From Octopus bimaculoides (lineage: Eukaryota): 64,000 nucleotides of DNA. The stretch covers positions 10,853,681 through 10,917,680 of the forward strand of contig NC_068982.1 in assembly GCF_001194135.2 (NCBI RefSeq). Reading direction: 5' to 3'. The position numbers were made by a program, and so were the translations under genes. The notes beneath the pieces were generated by a model. That model saw only the letters and a list, made by a program, of their open reading frames with translations, did not search any database and was not told the DNA's origin. Positions 50,212 through 64,000 of the stretch are shown here, one piece after another. Numbering within the stretch: the stretch's first letter is position 1; the number at the start of each line of letters is the position of its first letter.

Positions 50212-52352
50212 TACATGTATTGGTCTGATAAGTTCGTGTCACACTAGGAATTACAGATAGACATTGTCTGAAACAACCAGCAAAAATATGCTCACTCCTC
50301 TCACGATATGTGTATTTTCTTTCTTATTCTGTTCGCTTATGTTGTATTCTAGGTTTATCTCCAATTATTAATTTGCTATGTTCCCTTAAGCGGATTCTTG
50401 ATGTTTCTCATGAGTTGTGTTCATGTCTTCTGAGATCGAAAGGACAGCTTAACAGGGTGTGATCTTTTTCTATTATCAAAAGCGTTTATGCAACGTAATC
50501 TGATGCAATGAGCAAATAATTAATAGCATAATGTGTCTTGAGTAAAATAAGTCTTTTAAAAAAATCTAATATGCGAATACACGTGGTGACAAGTGAAACA
50601 TTATAGGTGGTTGTGTATAAAAGGGAAAATTCACAAATCGATATCAATATATGGAAAAAGCTTCTTTTTGTTTACTAATGACGTTCTTGAAAACGGTATA
50701 AACTTTGCAACATCCTTCCCAAAATATGTACACTTTATCTTTAGACGACAAATATTTGTTAATTTATGCAAGAATGAAAATCGCACAACAAGAAGTAAGC
50801 TACTGACAAGCAGAGTTATCTTTCAGGATCCGTTTTATTTCTCACGTGTTAATGATACACTGTAGTGTGTAATAAAGTCATAATATTTCCTATCTATCCT
50901 GATATAAAAAAACGTAAACATTGTGTTTTGAAAAACTGCATCTACGTTAAACCAAACATAGCGAACGAATTTTATTAATACGGTTATTACTATAATGAAA
51001 ACATACGTTAATGTTTTCATAGCTTATGAAATTAAATTATTTGTGGAAATATATTCCAGAAAAGTTTGCATTAGTTTCCGAAAATAAATCGATTAGATAT
51101 CCTCATTCAATATACAACGGCTCTCAGTAAGAAGGATTTCAGGATTAATGTTCCTTACTTGAGGAAATATCTTTGTAACCATGTCGCTATACTTCTCTGC
51201 TGGAGAAAAGCTATAAAAGCAGTTGTTTCTTTTAAAAAATCTTTGTCAGAAACCAAAATAGTTCACAAAAATCGATTTTTCCCATCGTTCTATTACTCTG
51301 TGTAAGAACATTTTTTATCTATAACATTAAGCAAAATATTGAAGTGTTCTACTTGCAATTTTTAGGTTGTTTTAAAGATAAGAAAACAACCAAATGTGTT
51401 ACTGACTTAAAGAACGTCTAACTTATACATTCAACGGATTAGTTGATAAAAAGATGCATTTCTAAAGTATGGAAAAGCCTGAACCAATAAAAGTTCATTT
51501 AATAGGATAAAATATTTCAATAAAGTTGCTAAATCGGGCATGTGTTTCAAATGAATATAGAAATACCAAGTCATTCGGACTAGAAGCAAAAAATATAGAA
51601 TTTAATCTTTTTGACGTGACGTAGATTTGTACAGAAATATTCGTTTCAATATACATTTATATTTACATGAAGAAATATTTAGTAATAACTCATTTTTCTC
51701 AGCAATATTTTATGAGCTTCTACCTAGGTAACAAATACTTTTTAATATACACAATGTTTAATAAATTCATACTAAATTAGTCAAGTTCATAATACTGAAA
51801 TGCTATTGTAATAATCGACGATAAAATACCGTTTCGAATAACATTCAGAAGTATCTTTTTTCAGTACTTGGATCCAAACTACGCTTTAAACTTTGAATCG
51901 TGCTATCACAATTTCCATTTCACTTACTTTTAATCTACCGAGATTGATTATATTAATTTCAGAACAATAACCATAAAACTATTGTGCAATGGTTTTATTT
52001 TGAAACCAATATATCAGTTCCGATGCAGTCTTAATGTTGCCAGGGAGTAAATGAATACCTTTTCAACTTGCTGGGCAAAAAAGCTTTCATACAAAATAAA
52101 CTGAAGAGTCCTGACTGCGAACAGGTAAAACAATTTTTAAACATATACCGACCCTTATAGTTACTTATAAATATTATATGTTAGCATTTAAATGGTATTT
52201 CTATAGAAGAGTTTATCGTTTTCCCAAAACATTGCTGATCGAAAATGGGATGAGGACGATTAAAATTTCAGCTTAAAAAATCTAAACTAATTCCAAGTTA
52301 CTTACGTGAATCGTTTTTTTATTTATCGTAAGTTTTACTTTGTATTATTATT

Positions 52353-52567
52353 CTTTTCTATCCTAGACACAAGGCCCGAAATTTTGGGGGAGGGGGGTCA
52401 GTCGATTAGATCCGCGCCAGTACGCAACTGGTACTTAATTTATAGACCCCGAAAGAATGAAAGGCAAAGTCGACCTCAGCGGAATTTGAGCTCAAAACAT
52501 GGAGACAGACGAAATGCCGCTTAGTATTTCTCCTGGCGTGCGAACGTTTCTGCCAGCTCGCCGCCTG
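52353..52567 (-). mobile_element. SINE family A (tail 2)
   Basis: 15-bp TSD ctt(t/c)gtattattatt. Confidence 0.92.
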
Positions 52568-52597
52568 CTTCGTATTATTATTATCATCATCATTAGT

Positions 52598-52812
52598 AAG
52601 GCAGTGAGTTGGTAGAACCGTTAGCATGCCAGGCAAAATGCTTATCAGCATTTCACCACTCTATGCTCTGAGCTCAAATGCCGCTGAGATCGACGTCGCC
52701 TCATTTTTCCTTTTGAGGTCGAAAAAAAGCTGTACCTGTTGAGCACTGGGGTCGATGTAATCGACTCACTCCCTTCCCCAAACGTGCAGGTCTTGTGCCA
52801 AAATTTGAAACC
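52598..52812 (+). mobile_element. SINE family A (tail 3), older copy
   Basis: Head ggcagtgagttggtagaaccgttagc; tail gtgccaaaatttgaaacc. Confidence 0.87.
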
Positions 52813-52901
52813 AGTATTATCTTCATCACTTGGAATTTTCTTTTAATTAAGGTTCAATTCTTTTCTTCACTCATATTCAGCAGGTACAATAGGATACTTA
52901 T

Positions 52902-53320
52902 AAACAGTAGACATGGAGGGTTTTGATAAGGTTAAGGGTTGTCATAGATGTGTGTTAGTTACAAGGGAACAGAAGGTGAGAATGTCAAAATATTTAAGTG
53001 GATATGATTGGTGGGAAGTAAGTTTTGATAAGAACGAACTGCCAGACTTTGTAACATATAAAATGTTGTTGGAGGACTTTGGTGGGGACATTCTAGAAGG
53101 ATCAAAGTATGAGAGAAGTTAAAGGGAAGAAATAAAGTTGCCTGGAAGTGGGGCCGGGTAGCGCCACCATTGTTTTTTTCTCATTTTCATTGTCGTTCAT
53201 ATCCTCATACGTTTTGTGCGATTTCTTTTCTTGTTTTTCTTTTTATTTTCTTGTTTTATGTCCCCACATGAACATGTATTTTCCCCTCTATGTTCGCCCC
53301 TAATGGGTAATCAGAAAATC
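52902..53320 (+). mobile_element. 5'-truncated non-LTR retrotransposon 3' fragment
   Basis: 16-bp TSD acaataggatacttat (52886-52901 and 53321-53336); purine-rich ORF remnant 52913-53122, then a T-rich 3' UTR and terminal hairpin. Clade not determined. Confidence 0.72.
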
Positions 53321-53906
53321 ACAATAGGATACTTATGAAAGCGATGGATTTGTAGAAGCACAAAAGTCAGACAAATTTCTTTTTGAGTTATTTGTTCCGG
53401 ATCCTAACATTCCAAGTTCAAATCCCGTCGAAAACAGTTTTATCTTTCATCCTTCGATGGAAAATAAAGTCGATATGATAAAGTACCTGTGAAGTATTGC
53501 TGTTAATTTATCCACTGTCCATCTGTGTTAACATGGGGCGATTAGCAGCAGTACAGTCCAAAATCTCTATCCAACTCATGGCAGGACGTAAAACAAAATG
53601 GCACACCGGTTAGTATGTACTGTGATTATATGAATATTGTCTAACGCAGGGTAACTAAATTACTACTAATACACCACATGCACACATTTCATCAGGCTCT
53701 CTCGCTTCCTCTCCCTCACTCACTTTTAAGATTGGACTCTCTTAAAGAGGTCCAACGGAAAAGACACTCAAGTTCTTAAGATCCTTCACAAAACATTATT
53801 TCATCACACTCACACATTTCAAATTATCGTATAATGTATTTACCTTATTGCATATATTTGTTCAAATGACACTCTAGAATATACGTGTGCGTGTATGTAT
53901 GTGTGG

Positions 53907-53946
<40 letters not shown>

Positions 53947-55607
53947 NNNNNNNNNNNNNNNNNNNNNNNNNNNNNNNNNNNNNNNNNNNNNNNNNNNNNN
54001 NNNNNNNNNNNNNNNNNNNNNNNNNNNNNNNNNNNNNNNNNNNNNNNNNNNNNNNNNNNNNNNNNNNNNNNNNNNNNNNNNNNNNNNNNNNNNNNNNNNN
54101 NNNNNNNNNTTACTTTCGAACTCCATGTTGCTGTTACATGCAACAATTCTGCATGAAAGGAAGTGTTTATATGATGTCAAAAAAATTATCTAAATACGAT
54201 CTCTATTCAAGGAAACTTGGTTTTTATTGGCAAGCCTTTTACTTTTCATCTAAAGCCGTGCTTGTTTCCGTGAAATAGCTCATTGGATTTATTTGACATT
54301 TCCTAAGTTTCAGTGATATATTAAAGAAATTACCATAGAAATTTTCAATGTGAATGACGAGAGTGTTTCACCGACGACCTACACAATGCCACAACTTAGC
54401 TTTATCTTTGTAATCCCATCTGAAGAATGCAATAAAGAAAAGCTAATGATATTTTTTCTGAGAATACCGACACTGACATTCGGTTGGAATAAAAATCAGC
54501 GCGAAAGTGTATCATAAAGGAAGTTTTTTAATTGAGTTGATACAAAGATCGATAGTTACTGAATACAATTAATATGAAATCTAATATGTTATATCTTGCA
54601 TAGTCTTATTTTATATTTGAAATCTGAGAATTCAGATACAAAACAGAATTGTGACTAATCGGCATTATCAATGACATTTCACTAAAGATGACTTGCTTGC
54701 AAACATCATGTATTAGTTTACTACTTAAGATGTATGTTCGCTATAATAGAGCGACTTACTACATTATCAGGAAAATAGATTAGCAACGAGTTAGAACAAA
54801 TTTTACTGAGATTCTCAAAAGATTGTTTTCATTAAATTTTAAATTGTCTTTAAACTACAAAAACATTTCGGATAATTTCATTATGTAGCTGACATTGTTA
54901 TAGACATTTCGTTCAAGTTAAACTCATTCTTTCACTTTACCATTTAATCTTTATTGTTTGTGTGCAGAATATGATTCCTTTGATGCGATAAATGTTTCTT
55001 TTTCTGTACACAGTAATTTCATATCTTAAGCAATATATTCACTGTAGCAAAGATGTTCTCTTAATCATTAGATCACAGATGCTCCTATGAATACATACTC
55101 AGTTTTGCAATGACCTTCATTATTCAAACTACTGACACATGTAACGTAGGTTCCAAACAATGCAGGCCACTTCTCCATTTTTTAAACTTATACGCAGATA
55201 AAATACTTACCAGACACTAATCGGCTTCGCTTCACTTTTATATATTATTCATATATGAACAGTCATGATTTTTGTTCAAATATTAAAAGCTTCAAAAGCA
55301 TATACAATCAGTATTCTCCAGAAAAGTGTTCCAATGAATGAGTCGCTCGTAGATTCAATATTATACGATAGATCAAAATACAAGCTGGCTTTATTTCAAT
55401 GATTATCACATTTTAAGTATTTATCATTAAAACTCCGAGATTCCAATAAGGTTTACGTGATAAATTTTCGAGTATTTGGAGTTTTGGGGTAAAAGTATAC
55501 CGTTCAATTATTTTCATATGTAACATTTTACCAAATCCTTTGAGATTTCATTTACTTCATTACATATATGACATGTGATTTACGTATGTAGAAATTTTTT
55601 GATTATT

Positions 55608-55794
55608 GGTTTCAAATTTTGGCAAGAGGACAGCAAGTTGGAAGAAGTGGGTAGGTCGATTACTTTCAACCCCAGTGTGCGAAAAGCTAAAGGGCAAAGT
55701 TGACCTCGGTGGAATTTGAACTCAGAACGTACACATATGAAATGCAGTTAAGCATTTTACCCGGCGTGCGAACGATTCTGCCAGCTCACCACCC
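55608..55794 (-). mobile_element. SINE family A (tail 3), internally deleted
   Basis: Head ..ctgccagctcaccacc, B box and tail tttcaaattttggca. Confidence 0.85.
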
Positions 55795-55814
55795 TAAATT
55801 TCTTTATACGTATT

Positions 55815-56020
55815 AAGGCAGCGAACTGACAAAATCGTTAGCACATCGGACAAAACGCTTAGCGGCATTTCCCCAGTTTTTACGTTTAGAGTTCAAATTC
55901 CATCGTGGTCGACTTTGTCTTTCATCCTTTCGGACCCGATGAAACAAGTACCAGTCGATCACTGGGCTCGACGTAATTGACACCCGCAAATTTTCAGGCC
56001 TTGTACCAATAGTGGAAACG
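55815..56020 (+). mobile_element. SINE family A, diverged
   Basis: aaggcagcgaactgacaaaatcgttagc...gagttcaaattcc...ggccttgtacc. Confidence 0.85.
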
Positions 56021-57931
56021 ATTATTGATATGTGTATTATGGCATTCTTTCTGGTTCTTTATGTTTTAAGTTCAAATCCCGGTGTGGTAAACTTTGTCCT
56101 TCACACTCCAAATTTGATAAAATAGAGTGCCAGGTTCAACGGCATGCACTAATCCATTTACCTCAAAATTGCTGACTTTGTCCCTAAATTAGGAAGCATT
56201 ATTTATGTATATATTGACAAACTCTATCATTATAATCAATTTAATGTCCATAAACAACATAGTTTTGAAGAAATGGTTTCATTTCTTTGCATTTCAGTAA
56301 TCAAGATAAGATGTGACCACCATTTTTAAGTTGTGGATTTTCTACTGAATAAGAAGTTTTAAATATCTGGATTTAGTAGGATTTAATATCTGGATTTGGT
56401 AAGGTTTATTTCATTCACCTTTACACAATCAGTATGTATGAATGTTTGCATGTGCTCACAGATAAACGAAGTATAAATTTTCACTTATTAGTTCATTCTA
56501 GGTGATAAAAAGACAACAAATAGTTTCTATTTTGGATATCATGAATAATTATTTAACAACAAATTTGAATCACGACAATTGAAATCAGTGCACATTAAAA
56601 TATTTTAAACAGCCCTTTATTCTTAATGTCATTTAATGATAATGTAAAACCATCTTTGAACATTATAATCTAAAGTTCTGTTGAATCGCTAACTTTTTCA
56701 TGCAAGGAAGGATGTGAATGCGAAAATTTTATGAGATTTATATTTCTTGTTAACTACCAAACAGTTAAACCAAAATCATAACGTAAAGAGTAGTGAAAAG
56801 ATCCACAAACATGCTTATGAGCTCAAGGTTATAAAAGAAAAATTCTTCGTTAACTAAAAACAGAGAATGGCTTCCTCGGAGTAATTTTAAATATTAAAAA
56901 AAATCTTTCAAAAGGTAACAAGGTATGCGACATTCTATTTTACATTAATCAATTTAAACTGGAAGTTCAAATGAGCTATGTTAAAACCAGGTTTAAAGGA
57001 ACAAATCCTCTCTTGTAATAGAAAATATTGAAACATAAAAAACTTCATTTTTTTCTACATTATTCAGGTTCCTTAGAGAACGAGTATTTCATTAAATAGA
57101 GTTTTAACAGAGATCTCCTAGAGATGAAGATAATTTTTAAGGTATCTGAATTATTGAATATTCATGACATAACATAAAATATTAAGAGCGTTATGACATG
57201 TTCGTATGAAAGCCAAATATACTCTTGAACCGAAGGAGTTGGTTTAATTCAATGCCTTACATAAAAATATCATTTTATTTAATAACACAGCGTTAAATTA
57301 ATGTAGCATAGAAGCCAATCACTTCGGTAAACAGATAATTAAGCAGTCATTGGTCTTTCAACAGCAGTCCTTGGTCTCTCCATCAATATGTCAACACAAA
57401 AGTTTTAGGAATCATTCCTCATAAGAAGTTATTTAGAGGACTGGCACTAAGATTAAATTTGATATTGCCTTCAGGATAAAGGACCATGGGCCGTAGTAAC
57501 TATTCAGTCGAGTTATGCATTTATGCATATTTAATCATCAATATTTTCAGCATATTTGATCTGTTATGCTCGTATCTGTTGTACTCATGTCATATGTAAT
57601 GAATCTCATAGAATCAGGCATTGTCAAGTAAACACCATTGTGATTCTGGGCTGACTGAATCATCTGACTCGGTTTAAATCTTTCGAATTGCTTCAAAGCA
57701 ATTATCTATTTCTCCGTTAATGCTATTGAAGCTACATTTTTTGTGCATGGCTAGGAATGTTCCTTAAATCGTCTGAATCGCCTTGAATCTTTTGAACCTC
57801 CTCAAGCAAAGCTTTATTCACTTCGGCAAGGTGTTAGCACTACACCTTCGATACAATATTAGCAATGTATCACTCGAATAATGTCAGCATATAATTCAGA
57901 ATTCACTTACGATTCGAAACGTATCCTAAAC

Positions 57932-57977
<46 letters not shown>

Positions 57978-58540
57978 CACACGCCAACACCTTACATCGT
58001 AATTATCTCAACCAGCTCTGCCTTGTTCAACACCCTTACCATAAATACCCCATATTTCATACTCTTTGAAATAAGAGAAGAATTTCTTATGAATGATAAT
58101 CGACAAACTAGCCATCCACATATTTCTCTTAACAATTGATCTCTGCGTGAATAACCAATAGGGAACAAATTCTCATTTAACTCCTTTAATACTAATTAAA
58201 TGACAATATTATCGATGTTTTATCACGGTGTGGAATCTGACTAGATGAAACGTACTAAAAGTAAGTCGCTTTAGTTAATCTAAAATATAGCCAATGAGAA
58301 CAGTTTCATGCATTTCGAATAATATTGTCGATAATGAATTGATAACTTTCTATCTATATTCATGCACTAATATCTTCTATGTCATTATATCAACCCTAAA
58401 ACTTACTCAATGTTTGTTTTTATTTCAAGCCTAATCGATACATAAATCACTTGCAATGATATCACAAGGATAAAGGATCAATTAATATTGAAAATAAACA
58501 GAAAGAAGGAAGAGTAAAGATTGACACTCTAAACACAAGG

Positions 58541-58946
58541 CACTACTTTAGGCACAAGGTCCGAAATTTGGGGGGAAGGAAGCCAGTCGATTAGATCGAT
58601 TCCAGTACGCAACTAGTACTTAATTTATCGATCCCGAAAGAATGAAAGGCAAAGTCGACCTCGGCGGAATTTGACCTAAGAACGTAACGGCAGACGAAAT
58701 ACCGCTAAGCATTTTGCCCGGTGTGCTAACGTTTCTTATTTCTTTATTGCCCATAAGGGGCTAAACATAGAGGGGACAACCAAGGGCAGATAAAGGGATT
58801 AAGTCGATTACATCTACCCCAGTGCGTAACTGGTACTTAATTTATCGACCCCGAAAAAATGAAAGGTAAAGTCAATCTCGGCGGAATTTGAACTCAGAAC
58901 GTAAAGCATTTCGCCCGGTGTGCTAACATTTCTGCCAGTTCACCGA
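58541..58946 (-). mobile_element. Heterodimeric SINE family A
   Basis: Same tail 1 and second-head junction (about 58734) and same unit order as 27401-27824. Confidence 0.92.
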
Positions 58947-60605
58947 TTTAATATAAACACATATTTCGTAGTTTATATAAACTTCTCTTTAAAATTCAGT
59001 TCATCATTGTAGAATATGCTTGTTGTTATATTATAAGAATTCGGTCTTGTTATGAAATATTCTCCGTTAAATTATCAGAAAGAAACATAACAAAAATATC
59101 CGATTTCGCATTATTACGGAAAGGACAGATGTTAGCAAAATATTTTTATAATCTAGTTTGGGCGTACACCAAAGATTCATAGCAATCTACTTACTAGTTG
59201 AGAGTCTGGCGTAGCTTCGACGAAGTTATCATTTTTTTATATTGATGTTCGAGAGAGAGAGATGAAATACCAAAGTTCTCGTCTCTTCTGCCTTAAAACT
59301 AAAAGGACACATTAGTTAATGTACTTCTCAAACAAAGATACTGTCAAATAATTGGTTATATATCTGCACGTTCAATATTGAACTAAGTCAATTTTCATGC
59401 CTCAATGTATCTCCAGTGTAATAAAATAAATATTTGTATTTACGTCTTCGTGGAATTACATTTTATTATCCCAGAACTTTCAAAGATTTGCGTTTATTTT
59501 TTGACAAAGGCATATTCTGTTCCAAATGATAATCGTCTACTTTCACTTCTAACTGTAAACAACCTTTTCTAAATCTCGTCCTCTAAGTAATATTGATTTT
59601 CTCGCATTTTCAACAATATATTTCTAGTCAAAGGTTGCTTCTTTCAGATTCTTTTTTATTCGTTTAAATGGATCTACTCCTTTCATAACATCTGTTCAAT
59701 CATGAAAATTGAACTACGTAAAAGTTTAGTTTGCTTATGGAAAATTAAAGAATTTCTTAACGCTTCTGTTATAAAGTGAAATACGTATCCTACGGCAAAA
59801 GTTCTATAACTGCTTCTTGCAGATTATAGGATTATGACGACAAACAAATTCAAATTTCCTAGAACCTATTTCAGTGCTTCTTTAATAGAATTAAATGTAA
59901 TCTCTTTCAAATCATTTATTTGTATGCTATACAATTTCTGTTTGAACTACGTTCTATCAACGATATTATTTCCCAAAATTCATTGTTTTACATGGACGAA
60001 TCGACATAATCACCGGACAACTTCTTGCGATGTTTGATTATGTACCTTTACATTTTCCCTTTAAATACCCCCACTCCATGATTTATTTACTCTTAATTAT
60101 TTCACAGTTGATTACTGTGAAGTACTAGTCAATTGATTACGGTAAAGTACTGGTCAATTTATCGAACTTGGTCAGTCCAAAAGTTTGTGATTGTAAGAAA
60201 ATGTCTAAACATACTTTCACCAAATTATCTAAAGTTGGCTTCTTATTAATCTAATATCTACTAATAAATTCGTATTTAACACATGATGTGTTGCATGAAA
60301 CAGTATAAAATCAAAGCAGAGATTGGATTTATTAGAATGAAATCTGGGAAATTCTATTGTTATTTGAAAAGTAATTCTTAAAATTCTCTAAGTCTAATTC
60401 TTGAAGCGAAGATTAGGAGTAGCTGGAATCCGCTTAGAATATGACTGCGTCTTATCTGTTGACCTCAGAATAATAAAAGATGAGGCCTTTTCCCAGCACA
60501 ACTTCAACCTATGACGTAATGAGACAAAATTAAATAATAACGGTCAAACGATTTAGAGTTTTGCCAATTTATTGCTCTCTTTGTATCGAAGCCATATTAC
60601 CTTAG

Positions 60606-60780
60606 CAGTAGACTGTCAAAATCGTTAGTCTGATGAGAAAATGCTTTGTGTTATTTTAATTATGTTGTTTACATCCTGAATTCAAAAGCCGTCGGGATCG
60701 ATTCGACCGTTTATATTTGAGGTGTCTTCTTTTTATAAAATGAGTACCCATCGACTACTGGAGCTGATGCAGTCGACTTG
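60606..60780 (+). mobile_element. Highly diverged family A-related SINE relic
   Basis: Remnants aaaatcgttag, tgaattcaaaagcc, aaaatgagtacc and gtcgact. Confidence 0.5.
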
Positions 60781-61297
60781 TGATCGTCAGAAATCTATAT
60801 AGACAAGTTGTCTATTTAAACGCATTTTTGCCTTTTACTTGGAAATTGAGTGGAGTTAAAATTCAATAAATTTACAGAAATTATAAAATGTACTAAATAT
60901 CATAGTACTGAATATATTTAGTCGCGTATCGCTCTTAAACACAAACGCTGTATTTTTAAAGGATCGTTCAACTTTCGGTAAAATTACTATCAGATGTATA
61001 CTGGAACTAGTTTGAGTAATTATACAATAAATCTTATATCATATATGGGTACGAACACAATATTAAGCAATTAACATGTATTGCAAAACTAAATACAGAA
61101 CAAAAAGCAAGTTTCCACGGATGGCTCACTGGAGAAACTTCTCTTCTCTAACTTTATACTCTACAGAGACATCAGATTCGTTTCTTAATGCTTCTTTCAC
61201 AATTCCCTCTGCAGTCATTCTTACGACATTTATTTGATTCCTTATCGTCGTAGAAATACTAATAATATAATAAAAATAAAATAATACTAATAATATA

Positions 61298-61482
61298 AGG
61301 AGTGGCTGTGTGGTAAGTAGCTTGTTTACCGACCACATGGTTCTGGGTTCAGTCCCACTGCGTGGCACCTTGGGCAAGTGTCTTCTACTATAGCCTCGGG
61401 CCGACCAAAGCCTTGTGAGTGGATTTGGTAGACGGAAACTGAAAGAAACCCGTCGTATATATGTGTATATATATATATATAT
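61298..61482 (+). mobile_element. SINE family B 5' half running into a gap
   Basis: Near-identical to 49797-49975. Confidence 0.92.
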
Positions 61483-61887
61483 NNNNNNNNNNNNNNNNNN
61501 NNNNNNNNNNNNNNNNNNNNNNNNNNNNNNNNNNNNNNNNNNNNNNNNNNNNNNNNNNNNNNNNNNNNNNNNNNNNNNNNNNNNNNNNNNNNNNNNNNNN
61601 NNNNNNNNNNNNNNNNNNNNNNNNNNNNNNNNNNNNNNNNNNNNNNNNNNNNNNNNNNNNNNNNNNNNNNNNNNNNNNNNNNNNNNNNNNNNNNNNNNNN
61701 NNNNNNNNNNNNNNNNNNNNNNNNNNNNNNNNNNNNNNNNNNNNNNNNNNNNNNNNNNNNNNNNNNNNNNNNNNNNNNNNNNNNNNNNNNNNNNNNNNNN
61801 NNNNNNNNNNNNNNNNNNNNNNNNNNNNNNNNNNNNNNNNNNNNNNNNNNNNNNNNNNNNNNNNNNNNNNNNNNNNNNNNNNNNNNN

Positions 61888-61919
<32 letters not shown>

Positions 61920-63005
61920 TTAGGGGCCTACGTACAGTTAATTAGCTCCTTTCTGATTTCAGAAAGTTTTTGATACAGGTGGCTATATATAATTTTTTGT
62001 GCAAAGAGAAGGCGGATGGTATTGAACTCCCTGGTAAGTAATCCTCAAAATAACCGACTGATCCTTTTGTTTTGTGCGTGAGGAGACTGTAGAATCATTT
62101 GTTTACATGTAGACATTTTATTCGATTACATTCATAGTGCCAACTAAGACTAACACTACTACAATAGATAGTACTCTAAAGTAAATTTACAAATACTGAT
62201 GAGTTTTATAATTAAACAAAATAGATATAAATAGTAATTAAATTTCAGACTGTTTTTATTTTCATTTTTATTGACAAAGAAGCAACAGAAAACGCAATTT
62301 AACCAAATCATAGATTCTTTCGAGGGAGTATTAAATTAATTAAAAGTCGCGAGTTCGTTCCACTTCGACTGGAAAATATTTATTATTGCTTAAGTGAAAA
62401 GCTTTATGAAGTTAGCGTTCAATTTTAATGAAGATTTCTTTACATCGAAAAATTAATGCTTTTCATTAGAAATTCTAATGAATATTCCAATTTTTTCAAT
62501 TTTTTTATATACTCTCTCAATTGTTTTTCTCTAAAGAAAGCAAAAAATAAATTGATTTAATTATAACCAGATATAGAAAAACGTCTGTCTCCTGGTTTTC
62601 CCGCAAGGAACAACATATCTCGTAAACAATGTATATATGCATGTGTGTTATATTTATATATACAAATGTATATAGAATGTATTTTAAAGTGTTGTTACTA
62701 TGTTCTAAAGTGTAGCTTCTAAGTTTCATATCAGCATCTTTTTCATCACGAGTAGCAGATTTCGTTCAGTTTATGTTGTTGTGTTGGGTTTTTTCCTTTT
62801 TGCTTTTTGCTTTCAGTAAGATAACGATCTGTATGTTATGTCAACCAGTTCGTGCTGTGCAACATTTCCACCAATGTCGACTGTGTTTCATAGTTTCTTC
62901 GCATGGTTTTATAGAATGCTACATGTGAATAGGTTAGTAGCTTCGAACTCAAAACTTCTCTATATAGATACATTGAATGGTTCTCTCAAACGCTCACAGT
63001 GCAGT

Positions 63006-63412
63006 CTCTTCTACTCTTCTACTTGTTTCAGTCATTTTGACTGCGGCCATGCTGGAGCACCGCCTTTAGTCGAGCAAATCGACACCAGGACTTATTCTTG
63101 GTAAGCCTAGTACTTATTCTATCGGACCCTTTTGCAGAACCGCTAAGTTACGGAAACGTAAACACACCAGCATCGGTTGTCAAGCGATGTTGGGGGGACA
63201 AACACAGACACACAAACACATACACATACATATATATATACATATATACGACGGGTTTCTTTCAGTTTCCGTCTACCAAATCCACTCACAAGGCTTTGGT
63301 CGGCCCGGGGCTATAGTAGAAGACACTTGCCCAAGTTGCCACGCAGTGGGACTGAACCTAGAACTATGTGGTTGGTAAGCAAGCTACTTACCACACAGCC
63401 ACTCCTACACCT
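63006..63412 (-). mobile_element. SINE family B, full length
   Basis: Reverse complement aligns along its whole length to 49792-50211. Confidence 0.94.
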
Positions 63413-63562
63413 GAAACCATTTCTGAAAAAGAGAAAGAGGGAAGGATGCATGACTGTTCCTTCGCTGTCAATATATCTCAATACATCGCAGTAATGAAAG
63501 ACAAAGATGACGCCGATGAGATTTTGAACTTAAAATGCATAAATCTGAAAGAATTATTGTAA

Positions 63563-63918
63563 CAGGTGTGGCTGTGTGTTAAGAAGCGTACTTCCGGCTC
63601 ACATGGCTCCAGGTTCAATTCCACTGCGTTGCACCTTGGGCAAATGTCAACCTTGAGCCTACCAAAGCTTTCTGAGTGGATTTGGCAGATGGAAACTGAA
63701 AGCCCATCGTATGTGTGTGTGTGTGTGTGTGTGTGTCCTTGTTTATATTTTGCCCCAACACCGCTTGGTAACCGGTGTCGGTGTGTTTACGTCCCCGTAA
63801 CGTAGCGGTTCGGCAAAAAGGCCCGATAGAATATGTACTGAGGTTGATTCATTCGACTAAGAGTTCTTCAAGGCGGAACTCCAGCACGGACGCAGTCCCA
63901 TGACTGAAACAATTTAAA
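63563..63918 (+). mobile_element. SINE family B, diverged
   Basis: Head gtgtggctgtgtg, CORE-like accttgggcaaatg, (TG)n and tail tgactgaaacaa. Confidence 0.88.
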
Positions 63919-64000
63919 GGCAACAGAAAAGATGAAAGGCAGCCCATTTGCTCGAAACAAGACCATGAGTCCAACCGACAGTCCTGTTGTGAAATCCATA

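Overview
AT-rich, repeat-dense eukaryotic intronic or intergenic DNA with 11 N-gaps, almost all bordered by (TA)n-type microsatellites. The SINE families, microsatellite load and gap pattern suggest a coleoid cephalopod, most likely Octopus (inference). No intact host protein-coding gene could be supported; most listed ORFs are microsatellite or N-gap artefacts. The window contains about 35 copies or fragments of at least four tRNA-derived SINE families (working names A, B, C, E), mariner and Tc1 transposase fossils, four MITEs, an RTE-like 3' end and a TSD-flanked LINE 3' fragment. The most notable signal is four minimal Penelope-type type I hammerhead ribozyme folds. One sits in a tRNA-headed SINE-like element (26272-26628) and three belong to a short 130-160 bp family that shares an A6U core variant. 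Other points of interest are in-register SINE-into-SINE insertion, a 3' tail shared by a SINE and a LINE, tight head-to-head SINE pairs, and a nested-palindrome MITE with divergent telomeric repeats at its centre. Coordinates were read by eye and may be off by a few bases.
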